Shown: positions 11,172-22,459 of the stretch, piece by piece
How positions within the stretch are numbered: position 1 is the first letter of the stretch
Layout of the letters: every line of letters starts with the position of its first letter
Source of the DNA: Octopus sinensis
Lineage: Eukaryota
NCBI RefSeq assembly: GCF_006345805.1
Contig: NW_021835582.1
Span: 1-26,317, forward strand
Length of the DNA stretch: 26,317 nucleotides
Reading direction: 5' to 3'
Program-made: the position numbers and the translations under genes
The notes under the pieces: model-generated
Database searches by the model: none
Told to the model about the DNA's origin: nothing
The model's input: only the letters and a program-made list of their open reading frames with translations

Positions 11172-11314
11172 ATATCTATCTATCTATCTATCTATCTATG
11201 TCCATCTATCTCTATCTATCCATCTATCTATCTATCTATGTATCTATTTATCTATCTATCTATCAATCTATCTATCTATCTATGACTATCTATCTCTATC
11301 TTTCCATCTTTCTG

Positions 11315-11404
<90 letters not shown>

Positions 11405-11435
11405 ATACATATATCTACATATCTATCTATCTATC
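11172..11435. repeat. (TATC)n array between A2 and A3
   Basis: Direct reading. Confidence 0.95.
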
Positions 11436-12933
11436 TGGAACGAGATAACGAGTAGGGTGGTCCTCTCTCGCCCAGCATGGCCCGAGAGGAAAGTGTCCCT
11501 AAAAGGTCGGGTGGTGGGTGGCGAAAGCCTACATCGCGTCCAATATCTACTACCGCCTGACCGTCGTACCTTGTCCCGCCCCTACCATCACCAAACTAGA
11601 ACGCATCCTCTTCCGCTTCTTGTGGAAAGGATGCGTCCCTATGTGTCAGGCGATCCATTTGCTGCCATCAACCCGTTAAAAGAAGGGCTGGGCATGCCGT
11701 GGTTGATGATGCGCCGACAAACGCGCTGAGACTGCGACAATCTCCGGCTCTATGTTCACGACAGTGAACAGGTTTGTTCGCCATTTGTTGAGGCATGCAT
11801 TGCCCGCAACTCGTCTCCATGACCGAACAACAGTCGTGGATCAAAAGAGCCGAGAAGGGCGAATGGCACCACACGCGAGTGTCGCGTTGCTCTCAAGCTG
11901 TTCTGCCGTCCCAGGTCGACCTTGAGTGACTTCAACACAACCAAAGAATTCTATAGGGGATTAGTGGAGGGGAGGTACGACGACGATCTCTAGGCAAACC
12001 TGGCGTCGTCGAGGAATACCTGACCCGCCTGTTTCAAACGACTTTCGGCCCGGGACCTATAGACACTTCCAGAGATCCCTGGCCTGGCGGTGCTCACCAG
12101 GAAGCGCTACCCGTTCGGGATAAGCTCTATAGGCATGGCTCGAGAACACGGGGCCGACCTGCCCGAGATGCGGGCAGAGCGACGAACCGCTCTGCACGCA
12201 ATCGTGCAGTGTCCAGCAATTTCCGACCTGTGGGCTTATGTCGAACGACTGCTGTCACGTGTGGGACGTGTCGGTTTATCAGCCGAGTCTATCGTTAATA
12301 TCGTCACGCCTCCTTCCTTCAACGGGAAGGAAGAGCTATTTTTATCATACTTGTGGCAATGGCGAAAGAATGTATCTGGTGGACGCGCCCGAAAGGATTG
12401 GAGAAAAACACTTTCCTCTCTGGTCAATCTTCCAACTTCTTCAAGTATCACATGAAGAGGAAAGTGAGAGTAGAGAGGCAAATATTGTCTAGCGAATGTT
12501 TTAAAAAAAGATGGGTGAATGTAGCAAGGATGGCACGTATGAATGACGAAGCCACTTGACTATGATTCTATGAACCGTAAAAATTAATACAGAGAGTTGC
12601 TTATTTGCAAAAAAAAAATAAAGAAAGAAATATAACATGTGACTTCATTGACCGAGGTTACCGTGGTCTTTTCCGTAAGCTTTTCTTTACACTTCATATT
12701 GACATTTCTTGTGTGATACGATCCCTATTGATCAACTTTATTCCTCACCCCTTTCCTTTTATTTCTTCCTCTCTCCCCCTTTTTAAAAAAAATCCTCCCC
12801 TTTTTGTCCTCTTTCTTTCCTTTTACGATCCCTTTGATCGAAACCCAACCCCCTTTTTTTTACCCCCAAAAGAAAAGCTCTACCTTGTAATTTGTTCTGT
12901 CTGTGTGCAGCCCTGTGTGGCTAATAACGAAAC
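11436..12933 (+). mobile_element. Tx1-like family A, copy A3 (~1.5 kb, 5'-truncated)
   Basis: Same 5' truncation point as A2, A4 and A5, with many 1-bp indels. The same 19-mer flanks it at 11417-11435 and 12932-12950. Confidence 0.88.
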
Positions 12934-13064
12934 ATATCTATCTATCTATCTATCTATCTATATATCTATCTATCTATCTATCTATCTATCCATCTATCTA
13001 TCTATGTATCTATTTATCTATCTATCTATCAATCTATCTATCTTTCTATCTATGTCTATATATC

Positions 13065-13126
<62 letters not shown>

Positions 13127-13166
13127 ATTGTCTATCTATCACTATCTATCTCTATCTTTCCATCTT

Positions 13167-13223
<57 letters not shown>

Positions 13224-13228
13224 ATATT

Positions 13229-13299
<71 letters not shown>

Positions 13300-13318
13300 G
13301 TCTATCAATCTATCTATC
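12934..13318. repeat. (TATC)n array 3' of A3
   Basis: Direct reading. Confidence 0.95.
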
Positions 13319-14395
13319 AAACTATCATGTGTCTGTCTAGCTATCTCTCTATCAATCATTGTCTGTATCTTCATCTTTCTATCTCTCTATCCATTACGTC
13401 TCTCCATATATCGATATACATATATATATATATACACACATATATACATTCATTTACATTTACTTATTTTCACACACAAACACGCACGCAGACACCACAC
13501 TTTCACACAACATATACATAATATAAAGGGAGAGGAAAATCAAATCATGGGACGCAACTTACAAGCATTGTACTACAATCCAGGCTCTGGTAAACCACAT
13601 CGAATGGTCCGGCAAAACGGGAAAATCTTTATGGTAAACAATCATTGTCTTTCACTTAGTTCCAAAATTCCGAGTTCACTATTTCGGGTTTTATCCTGTG
13701 TAAAAGACATTAAAATAAGAATTAAATGTTACACATGAAGTAACTTACTTTTTAGCATATTTTATATACAATGCAATTTAGTTATTTTAAACCTGTGAAC
13801 GACACGCCTTTCTGCTGCATGTATATCATAAACATTAGCATCAGGTTACATCCTGCTGGTTCAAAACTGTACCACCAGTATGCAGTAATTATAACTTTAG
13901 ACTCAGATACTGATACCGGTGGAATGTAAAATACGGCTGCATGCCATTGCTTCAAATTTGAATTAAACAGGATGCAACCTACACCGGGCACAATAATCTG
14001 CTATGATACACATATACACACCCGCAAACACACACATACTCACACATACACACACACACATTCATATATATATAACGCAATTGTGTGCGTTGTGTTCTGC
14101 TACTTCAATGAAAAAATATTTGGTAAATAAACAAAGACGCATATATATATATATATATGCGCAAATATATATATAAACATTCACTACCTCTTACCACAGA
14201 GACTAACAGCACTTTATTGGTAAGTTACGATTTTCATTATATTATATCGGCCTTCTATTGGCCATTGTCCAGTCTCCTCAACGGCATTAAGGATGGGATA
14301 AAAAGGTTCTCCACCCTTAAGACTTCATAAATTTGGGTCCCCAAATTACCTAAAATGTTTTTTTATGCTTTTATTTTTACTTCAGTAATTTTCAG

Positions 14396-14607
14396 TTAAC
14401 CCATTAGCATTGGCACTGGCCACGTCGGGCCCAAATATTCTTCCTGTTTTCTGTGGAAACTGAACAGATCAGCCTTTTCACAACCACCATGCAAAGTTAT
14501 TCTAAAAGTAAGCAATCACATAATCAAAATCTCAAAGCTAGAAGATAACGTATGTTTAATTTTAAACGATGTGAATAAATAAGTAATCATCTGAATGTTG
14601 AAGTGTA
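14396..14607. mobile_element. Unit 2 copy of the degenerate MITE
   Basis: Near-identical to 3110-3323. Confidence 0.5.
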
Positions 14608-15154
14608 TCCCCTTCTAGCTGGTACAATAATGAAACAGCAATTCCATCTCAAATTACGTGGGGTATTTTTTCAGGACACTTTTCAGGTACGAGGGAGTGG
14701 TTAAGAATGTAGTAGTACAAAAATCGGGTCGGTATTTTTCTTAGTATTTGACTTTTGTTAATTATTGTTTGAAGCCGAGATGGGTCAAATGAGAGTAGAG
14801 ACGTTGAAAATGAAAAGCAAAATTTGAGGAAATTTGTGATGTGTGTTGGAGAGATTTAGGAGGCTGAGAGGAGGATGAAAAATCGATTGATCATAATACT
14901 TGGAATAAATTTGGGATGCGTGTTATATATATTTATATTTCTGTAGGTATCTATATATATATGCTGACTACTTAATGTTTTTAATACTGTGTATTAATGT
15001 AGGAGTTTATATGTATATATATTGTGCGTATATGTGTGTGTGTTTGCATGTATATATGTAAGAGCTTGTATGTACATATTTTGTATTTGCAAATGTGATG
15101 TATATATTATGTATTTGTAAATGCAATTTGGATATTTCAGATTTATTGCATATG

Positions 15155-15191
15155 CTTATAATATATATAATTAAATAAATAAATATAATAT

Positions 15192-15228
<37 letters not shown>

Positions 15229-15249
15229 TTATATATATATTTATATATC

Positions 15250-15296
<47 letters not shown>

Positions 15297-15340
15297 CATA
15301 CATAGATATATGCGTACATAGGCACACACACACACACACA
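15155..15340. repeat. (TA)n then (CA)n microsatellite, unit 2
   Basis: Direct reading. Confidence 0.95.
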
Positions 15341-16498
15341 TATAATCTATTTGGAATGTGTTCACTTGTCGATTGTCAGGTTGACTCTTGTTTTACATTA
15401 CAGCTTTGATGGGCCCCGGGGCTTGCTATATGATTATTTAGAATTAGGGAAGTGCATGAATGTCGGGCAGTATTTATGCTTACGATAAAAAATAACGTCA
15501 GAGAATTTAACAGTGAGGAGTTGTGGAGGCGAAGAATAGTTAATGACCCTTTTATACATAACATACATTTACCTATATTTGTGTTGTAGAGGGGAGCTTC
15601 ACATACTATGGACCACGATAGAGCGTGTTGGACATTTTGAATTGAGGTTGTATATGTGTGTTGCTAAAGATTGAAATAGTTTAGATTCGGGATTAGTGAA
15701 AGAATACATATGAGCACGACAACGACATTGAAAATCCTCAGTGCCATTAATATACACCCTTGCCTGGTGGGTGCATGGGGTAATCACGTGGCACTTATAG
15801 ATTACGCTTTTGAGGAGACAGGTGTCTGCATACCATATATTTCAGAAGCGCGACAGTTGCAAGTGGTTGGGGTTTACTATTAGTAATGTTGATGTTGGTT
15901 GGTTTGTTGTTAGTGGGGAGAATCTAAATTAGGATTTATATTAGTATCGGATTGGGAGTTTGTAATGGAACTAATATTTGTCGTCTCGTAGACAGGGTTG
16001 TAGAATGTTGGCTTAAGATTAGTATTATACAATTGAGGTGGCTTATTAATGTTTGTATTATTGTATTGTGAAGTTTAGCTTGGGATTTTGGGGAAAATTT
16101 TGGTTTTTATCCACACATAAAGCCTACCGGTGTTTTATAAAGACTTATGGAGCCACGTGACCGCTGCTAGCTTTGTTGTTGTTGATGTGTATGTGTTTTT
16201 CAAAATGTTTTATTCTTCAACTTTGAGATGTATTGTTGATTTTTTAAATTTTATCTTACTATAATCAGCAACAAACACCTTCCGTCAATATTAAATTCTT
16301 TATTGGATAAAAAAAACATTATCAAAACTTGAAGTTAAAACAAAACAAATGTGCTTTGTTTTCTTCCAGGCACAAATGTCCTGTAGCAATAGTCTTTCAT
16401 CGACCGAACCTTCCTCCAAAAAAATCAGTGGAATCATTCGATCTTCAGACACAAATAATTTTCCTCCTAGAACTTATAAAAAAAGTTACACACATTAG

Positions 16499-16572
16499 GC
16501 GCACCTTTCTCTAAGCGGCACACTAAATTTCCCAGGTAAAAAATAGCGGCTTATACACCGGAAAATACGGTG
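16499..16572. mobile_element. Unit 2 copy of the pogo/mariner-like end
   Basis: Identical motif to 5243-5316. Confidence 0.4.
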
Positions 16573-17403
16573 TTTCTTTTTTTGTCATATTCATATCGAC
16601 TTTTCCTCCATAAACGTTACACAAACACTTGACTGCGCATGCCTAAATGTCTATATTAAAGCATTTTCTAAGCTAAATTCTCTGCCTGATCTACAGGCTC
16701 ATTAGGCCCCCAGTATATCTCGGTATCGAACGTATTTCAACACACAAGGATACAGCACACCGGATACCAGTCTGTCGCAATGTCAACCCCTGGTTAATGC
16801 TGGTACTTTTCAGATGAGAGCACTGGAAGTGTCTTTCTCGTGGACACAACTTACCGAAACAATAATCCATACGCCTATGAGTGTGTATGTGCGCGCTTAT
16901 GTACATATCCGTGCGTATGTGGGTGTATTTTTGTATGCATGTACACACACACACACACAATCTTTTATACTTTTAATCTTTTGCTTATTTAAGGTGAATT
17001 TCAAAGTCGTTATGCCAATCACATAATCCCCTTCCGACATAGGCCAAAAGTAAAGCTACGAAACTGGCTAAGTTTGGAAGAAAACGAAACACCACATGTG
17101 ACTGGATGGGAAGTAATTGAGAATCCATAACTTATGTGAATGGATCGAATAAATATAAACAATTTTTAGCTGAAAGAGTGCATATCCTGTTCAGATCTAA
17201 GATGCTTAATTCTCTATTGGACTCTAGGTCAGGAATTTTCAGTCGTTGTCAAGTATAAATATATTTTGAAGAACTGAAAAATTCCGTCTGTTCTTGATTA
17301 AGTTTTTGATATCTTTTTAGCCTTATAATTCAAGGACTCTTAAATGCTGTTTTTACTTTTCCCTTTTCCATTTTCGTTTTTGTGCTTTTGCTTTCCGATT
17401 TCC

Positions 17404-18772
17404 GGAACACTGGGCATGCTGTGGAAGACATGCACTGGGGCTGCGACATCTCCAAACATTCTGCGTAAATGGTGAACAGGTGTGGTCATCGTTTGTCAAA
17501 CAGGCTTTTCCACAACTCATCTCCTTGAGTAAGCTGCAGTCCTGGGTCAAGAAGAGACCGGGGAAGAGTTACTGGCATCTGGAATGTTGCTAGGCACTCA
17601 CTGTCCTCTACCAGGTGGGCAATGCCATCAGTGGAAAATCGACTCTGAAGTTCTATGGAGGGTTAGTGGAGGGAAAGTGCGATGAAGCACTTGGAGAGAC
17701 GCTAGGCGTTGACAAAATTGAACTAACCAGTCTGTTGAGGAGGACTTTCAAGACGGGGATAATGGATAACTTCTAGAAGTCCCTTGCTTTGCAGTGCTAT
17801 CGGGGGGCACTGCCGGATCGAGATAAACTCTACAAGCACGGAATTGCTGTCTGACCGACCTACCCGACATATGCGCAGAGCGATGAAAGCGTTCTGCACT
17901 CACTCGTCCAGTGTCCTTGCATTACTGACTTGTGGAGTTATGTTGAAAAGCTGTTATTAAGTGTAGGCAGTTCTATCTATCGGCCGAGTCCGTAGTGAAG
18001 ATCGATCATCCACTTTCAATCAGTCCGGAAGGTCAGGCAATTTACTTCTGTCTAATAGCAGTAGCGAAAGAGGCTGTATTGTGGTCCAGGTTAAACGGAC
18101 TAAAGACAGAGAATTATCTCTACGGCCAATCACTCGTCAACTTTTTCAAATTTCCTTTGGAAAGGAAGATGAGGGTGCAGAGTGAAGTGCTGCCTCCCAG
18201 TACATTTGCCAAAAGGTGGATGAACAGAGAAAATGGTACGTGTGATTTGACCTACTCTAATAACACGCCTTTTGGCTAGTGAATTTGAGAGGGAGGAGAG
18301 TGCTCTTACCAGATGCCCTCGAAGCGTCGAGTGGTTCAGGATTGGGGTGTGGGTACCTGAGCCAACTCCAGGGGATTACCTGCACCTATTACGAACTTTC
18401 ATTGTTATATTCTTTTGTCGGATATCATTGTCATTCTTTTAACTGTGTACTCGTTGTCTCAGCGTTAAATCTCCAGTGTTCATGTCTACTGTATCCTGTT
18501 TCTTTACTACCGACAAGGGGCTAAACACAGAGAGGACAAACAAGGACAGACAAACGGATTAAGTCGATTATATCGATCACAGTGCGTAACTGGTACTTCT
18601 TTAATCGACCCCGAAATGATGAAAGGCAAAGTCGACCTCGGGGAAATTTGAACTCAGAAGATAACGGCAGAAGAAATACCGCTAAGCATTTCGCCCGACG
18701 TAATAAAGATTCTGCCAGCTCTCACCGCCTTTTCTACTGTATCTTCTCCGATATGCCGGCCCTATTGGCAAC
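17404..18772 (+). mobile_element. Older Tx1-like family B fragment, unit 2 (interrupted by SINE at 18496-18732)
   Basis: Contains DNF*KSLALQCYRGALPDRDKLYKHG..QSDESVLHSLVQCPCITDLW (decayed zinc knuckle) and GQSLVNFFKFPLERKMRVQSEVL, homologous to A. About 30 nt of probable 3' terminus resumes after the SINE TSD. Confidence 0.82.
18496..18732 (-). mobile_element. tRNA-type SINE, full length (~237 bp), 11-bp TSD
   Basis: The minus strand has an A-box-like tggcagaatc (18708-18717) and a B-box-like gagttcaaatt (18645-18655). The direct repeat tctactgtatc lies at 18485-18495 and 18733-18743. It resembles an abundant octopus SINE (from memory, unverified). Confidence 0.85.
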
Positions 18773-18843
<71 letters not shown>

Positions 18844-18870
18844 ATAATAATAATAATAATTATAATAATA
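18773..18870. repeat. (AAT)n array
   Basis: Direct reading. Confidence 0.95.
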
Positions 18871-19379
18871 GTAAGGGTTGTTGAAGGATGTTGAACGAAG
18901 ATGTAGCCCATCGTCTTGGTATAGGGGATGGGCTCCAGCAAATATTCTGCTCAATACCACAGATTTGCTTGTCAGTTGCTCGACGTTAACCAGTTGAGCA
19001 TGTCCCTTAGTGGCTGAAGATATGTGCATCTCTGATCGCAAGCAGAAGTAGTGGGGGAGTATCATAGCAATGTGTTAAGAGGTATTCTTTGGGGTTTGAA
19101 TAATTCCCCTCTGGAAGCATGGGTGTTTCGTTCAAAATCCGTAAACAACTCATACTCAGGGACCTTTTGAGCAGGATGGGTTACTCGACCAGAAGAAAAT
19201 TCTAACTGGGCCCCACATAGAAGGTCATGTGCTTTTTATCTTGATATGAGATCATCATGTTTCGCACTTATGGTTGTGATGCATGTGTCTGGTGTACCCT
19301 TATCAGACGGGTAGTCATGATGGGTATACTGGGCTTCGTATATTTTACCCTATTGTCACTTTGATGGCATGCACTGCTC
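18871..19379. repeat. Unclassified ~510-bp interspersed repeat flanked on both sides by (AAT)n
   Basis: A complex-sequence block between (AAT)n arrays with no recognisable coding similarity. It resembles a common octopus repeat I recall. Class and strand are not determined. Confidence 0.55.
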
Positions 19380-19433
<54 letters not shown>

Positions 19434-19503
19434 TATTATTATTATATTATTATTATTACTATTATTATTATTTTTATTATTATTATTATAATTATTATTG
19501 TTA
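19380..19503. repeat. (AAT)n abutting (ATT)n
   Basis: Direct reading; pivot near 19433. Confidence 0.93.
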
Positions 19504-19869
19504 TTGGAAAGTTCTTCCGGCTAAACATTTCACTCACTTCTTCACAGTAAAATTATATCATTTAATGCAATCGTTAATGTGATATTCCCTCCAGTTTCAT
19601 ATTAAAGAAAAGCTTAGGCAGGGTTATGTATATATTACATCACACACAGAGACACAAACACACACACACACACGAACAATCGTACACATCAACTCTCCTC
19701 CTCTTCTTTCCCCTCTCTCTCTTCTATCACTCCCTCTACCCCTCTCTCATTTTAACTCTTCCACTTCCACCGCCAATCATCATAAACTGCTGACTGAAAT
19801 TTTCAAATCGAAATTATATAATTAGAAATACAGATGCCATATATATATATATATATATATATAGTCTTA

Positions 19870-20228
19870 GGATGTGGAATGTTCGTATCCGCTAACACGG
19901 ACCACGTCATCATAATACTGTCCACGATGCGTTGATAGGAGCAAAGCTTATCCAAGAGAAGTCGGTGGGCCTGCAACTCGGCAGATGGAGAGGCAGACCC
20001 ATACCAACCGACAGTTTGTAGGGCGCTAAAGTGAAAGACAGGTTAAACTGTTTGGGGTCTGGTCTGCTGTAGACCCCGAGGTGGGACAACAACGGGTGGG
20101 AGGTGACGAACAGGATAGTCGATCTCACCCAGAAATTGGCAGAGAGGAAGCTGTTCGTGAAGGGTCGAGTCGAGGTGGCGAATGCGTACATCGCTTCCGT
20201 CAACTATGACTGCTTGAATATAATAACC
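19870..20228 (+). mobile_element. Tx1-like RT-domain fragment C, unit 2
   Basis: Reads GCGMFVSANTDHVIIILS..GAKLIQEKSVGLQLGRWRGRPIP..TNRIVDLTQKLAERKLFVKGRVEVANAYIASV. The last part aligns with A (AERKVSLKGRAEVANAYIASI). Confidence 0.78.
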
Positions 20229-21195
20229 ACATTGTATCAAACGCAAGGATACAAGTGTTCGTCTGGTACGTTGATTTTTGTTAATTTTTATGTCTTGACA
20301 AAGGATGCGCTGATGATTGAAAAGTGGATTTTGTGCACTAATTACGGAATCATATGATGTTCAGCTACGTCTGTTTCTGGAGGCTCGCTTTGAGAGTTGC
20401 ATTCCCTCGCGTGAGGCATTTATGTATAAGTAATGCCCTTAATATATATAAATATATTCATTGGGAATAATTAATAAGTTATCCCTTCTGAGGTTTTTCA
20501 CAATAACTACTTGATAAATCCTCGTAAAAATTTTATCCTATATTTCAATTATATATATTTATTAGTAGCCCCAAACTTACTTTGTTATATACACACACAC
20601 ACACACACACACACTTATGTATATATATATATATATATTTATTTGACATATATGTATATATCTATGTATATGTGAGCGTGTGTATGTATATGTGTATGTG
20701 TTTCAGTTTATCCACTATGACCGCTTGGGAACAGGTTCCGGTTTTTTACGTCCCAGTAATTTGGCCGATCGGTATCTTGTTAAATTCCTTACAACCACTT
20801 GAAACTTTTCACATTTTTACCACGTCATTTTCAAAGCATTTACCTCTGATTCAGAATTGCCTGCCGCTGACGATAATTGCCTTCATGTTTTTCTTTTTTC
20901 TGGTAAATAATAATAAAAAAATCAAAAGTATAAAGTTGCGTAACTGTAGGCAAATCAGCGGAAGGGATCGCGAGAATACGCAGCAGGCTTAACAACAAAT
21001 ACTGGGGTCGATTTGTGCGACTAAAACACTTTAAGGCAGCCCAATGGATGACAAACGTAAGGAATTGTTTACAGCTATGGTTTAAATTCTACGCCATAAA
21101 TTAGAATTGTCGGATCTCATCGAAGACAGCGAACGGGAATTGAAGCTCTATGGTTTGTGTTCCTGAAATTTTAAAGGATGCAACAATAGAAAATG

Positions 21196-21235
21196 ATCTA
21201 TCTATCGATCAATCAATCGATCTTCTATCTATATC

Positions 21236-21271
<36 letters not shown>

Positions 21272-21331
21272 ACTATCAATCTATCTATCTATCTATCTAT
21301 CTACCTATATATCTATATCTATCTATCTATC
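21196..21331. repeat. (TATC)n array 5' of A4
   Basis: Direct reading. Confidence 0.95.
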
Positions 21332-22459
21332 TGGAACGAGATAACGAGTAGGGTGGTCACTCTCGCCCAGCAATGGGCCGAGAGGAAGGTGTCCCTAAAA
21401 GGTCGGGCGGAGGTGGCGAACGCCTACATCGCGTCCATCATCTACTACCGCCTGACCGTCGTACCTTGTCCCGACCCTACCATCACCAAACTAGAACGCA
21501 TCCTCTTCCACTTCTTGTGGAAAGGATGCGTCCCGATGGTCAGGCGATCCATTTGCTGCCAACACCCATTAAAAGAAGGGCTGGGCATGCCGTGGTTGAT
21601 GATGCGCAGACACGCGCTGAGACTGCGACATGTCCGGCTCTATGTAGACGACGGTGAACAGGTGTGGTCACCGTTTGTGAGGCACGCATTCCCGCAACTC
21701 GTCTCCATGACCGAACAACAGTCGTGGGGCAAAAAGAGGCCGAGGAAGGGCGAATGGCACCGCGAGTGTCGCGTTGCTCTCAAGAAACTCTGCCGTCCCA
21801 GGTCGACCTTGAGTGACTTCAACACAACCAAAGAATTCTATAGGGGATTAGTGGAGGGGAGGTACGACGACGATCTGGTGGGAAACCTGGGCGTCGACGA
21901 GGAATACCTGACCCGCCTGACTTTCAGCCCGGGACCTATGGACAACTTCTAGAGATCCCTGGCCTGGCGGTGCTACCGAGAAGCGCTACCCGTTCGGGAT
22001 AAGCTCTATAGGCATGGCTCGAGAAACACGGGGCCGACCTGCCTGAGATGCAGGCAGAGCGACGAAACCGCTCTGCACGCAATCGTTCAGTGTCCAGCAA
22101 TTTCCTACCTGTGGGCTTATGTCGAACGACTGCTGTCACGTGTGGGACGTGTCGGTTTATCAGCCGAGTCTATCGTTAATATCGTCACGCCTCCTTCCTT
22201 CAAACGGGAAGGAAGAGCTATTTTTATCATACTTGTGGCTATGGCGAAAGAATGTATCTGGTGGACGCGCCCGAAAGGATTGGAGACAAACACTTTCCTC
22301 TCTGGTCAATCTCTCATCAACTTCTTCAAGTATCACATGAAGAGGAAAGTGAGAGTAGAGAGGCAAATTTTGACTAGCGAATGATTTAAAAAAAGATGGG
22401 TGAATGTAGCAAGGATGGCACGTATGAATGACGAAGCCACCTTGACTATGATTCTATGA
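21332..22459 (+). pseudogene. ORF2 C-terminal remnant (~375 codons) of Tx1-A copy A4
   Basis: One continuous reading frame from 21332 to TGA 22457-22459, interrupted only by TAG 21950-21952 (CAG in A1) and TGA 22382-22384 (TGT in A1, A3, A5). It lacks the endonuclease and RT core, so it is non-autonomous. Confidence 0.85.

Larger units (their letters stand above)
8862..20537 (+). repeat. Large tandem repeat, unit 2 (11,676 bp; two Tx1-A copies)
   Basis: Colinear with unit 1, e.g. 2026 vs 13320, 6161 vs 17404, 8144 vs 19870. It is longer because of an extra Tx1-A copy, a longer 5' part of Tx1-A and about 480 bp that unit 1 lacks. Confidence 0.93.

Noticed and set aside
12605-13738. 377-aa ORF and the other YLSI-rich ORFs (683, 1742, 1831, 9508, 11141, 12903, 22791, 25272)
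   Set aside because: (TATC)n has no stop codon in any plus-strand frame, so these are microsatellite read-through.
18640-18732. tRNA gene
   Set aside because: Only A/B-box-like motifs with no cloverleaf; it is embedded in a TSD-flanked SINE.
18582-18884. ORF with a poly-Asn run
   Set aside because: Antisense SINE sequence plus (AAT)n.
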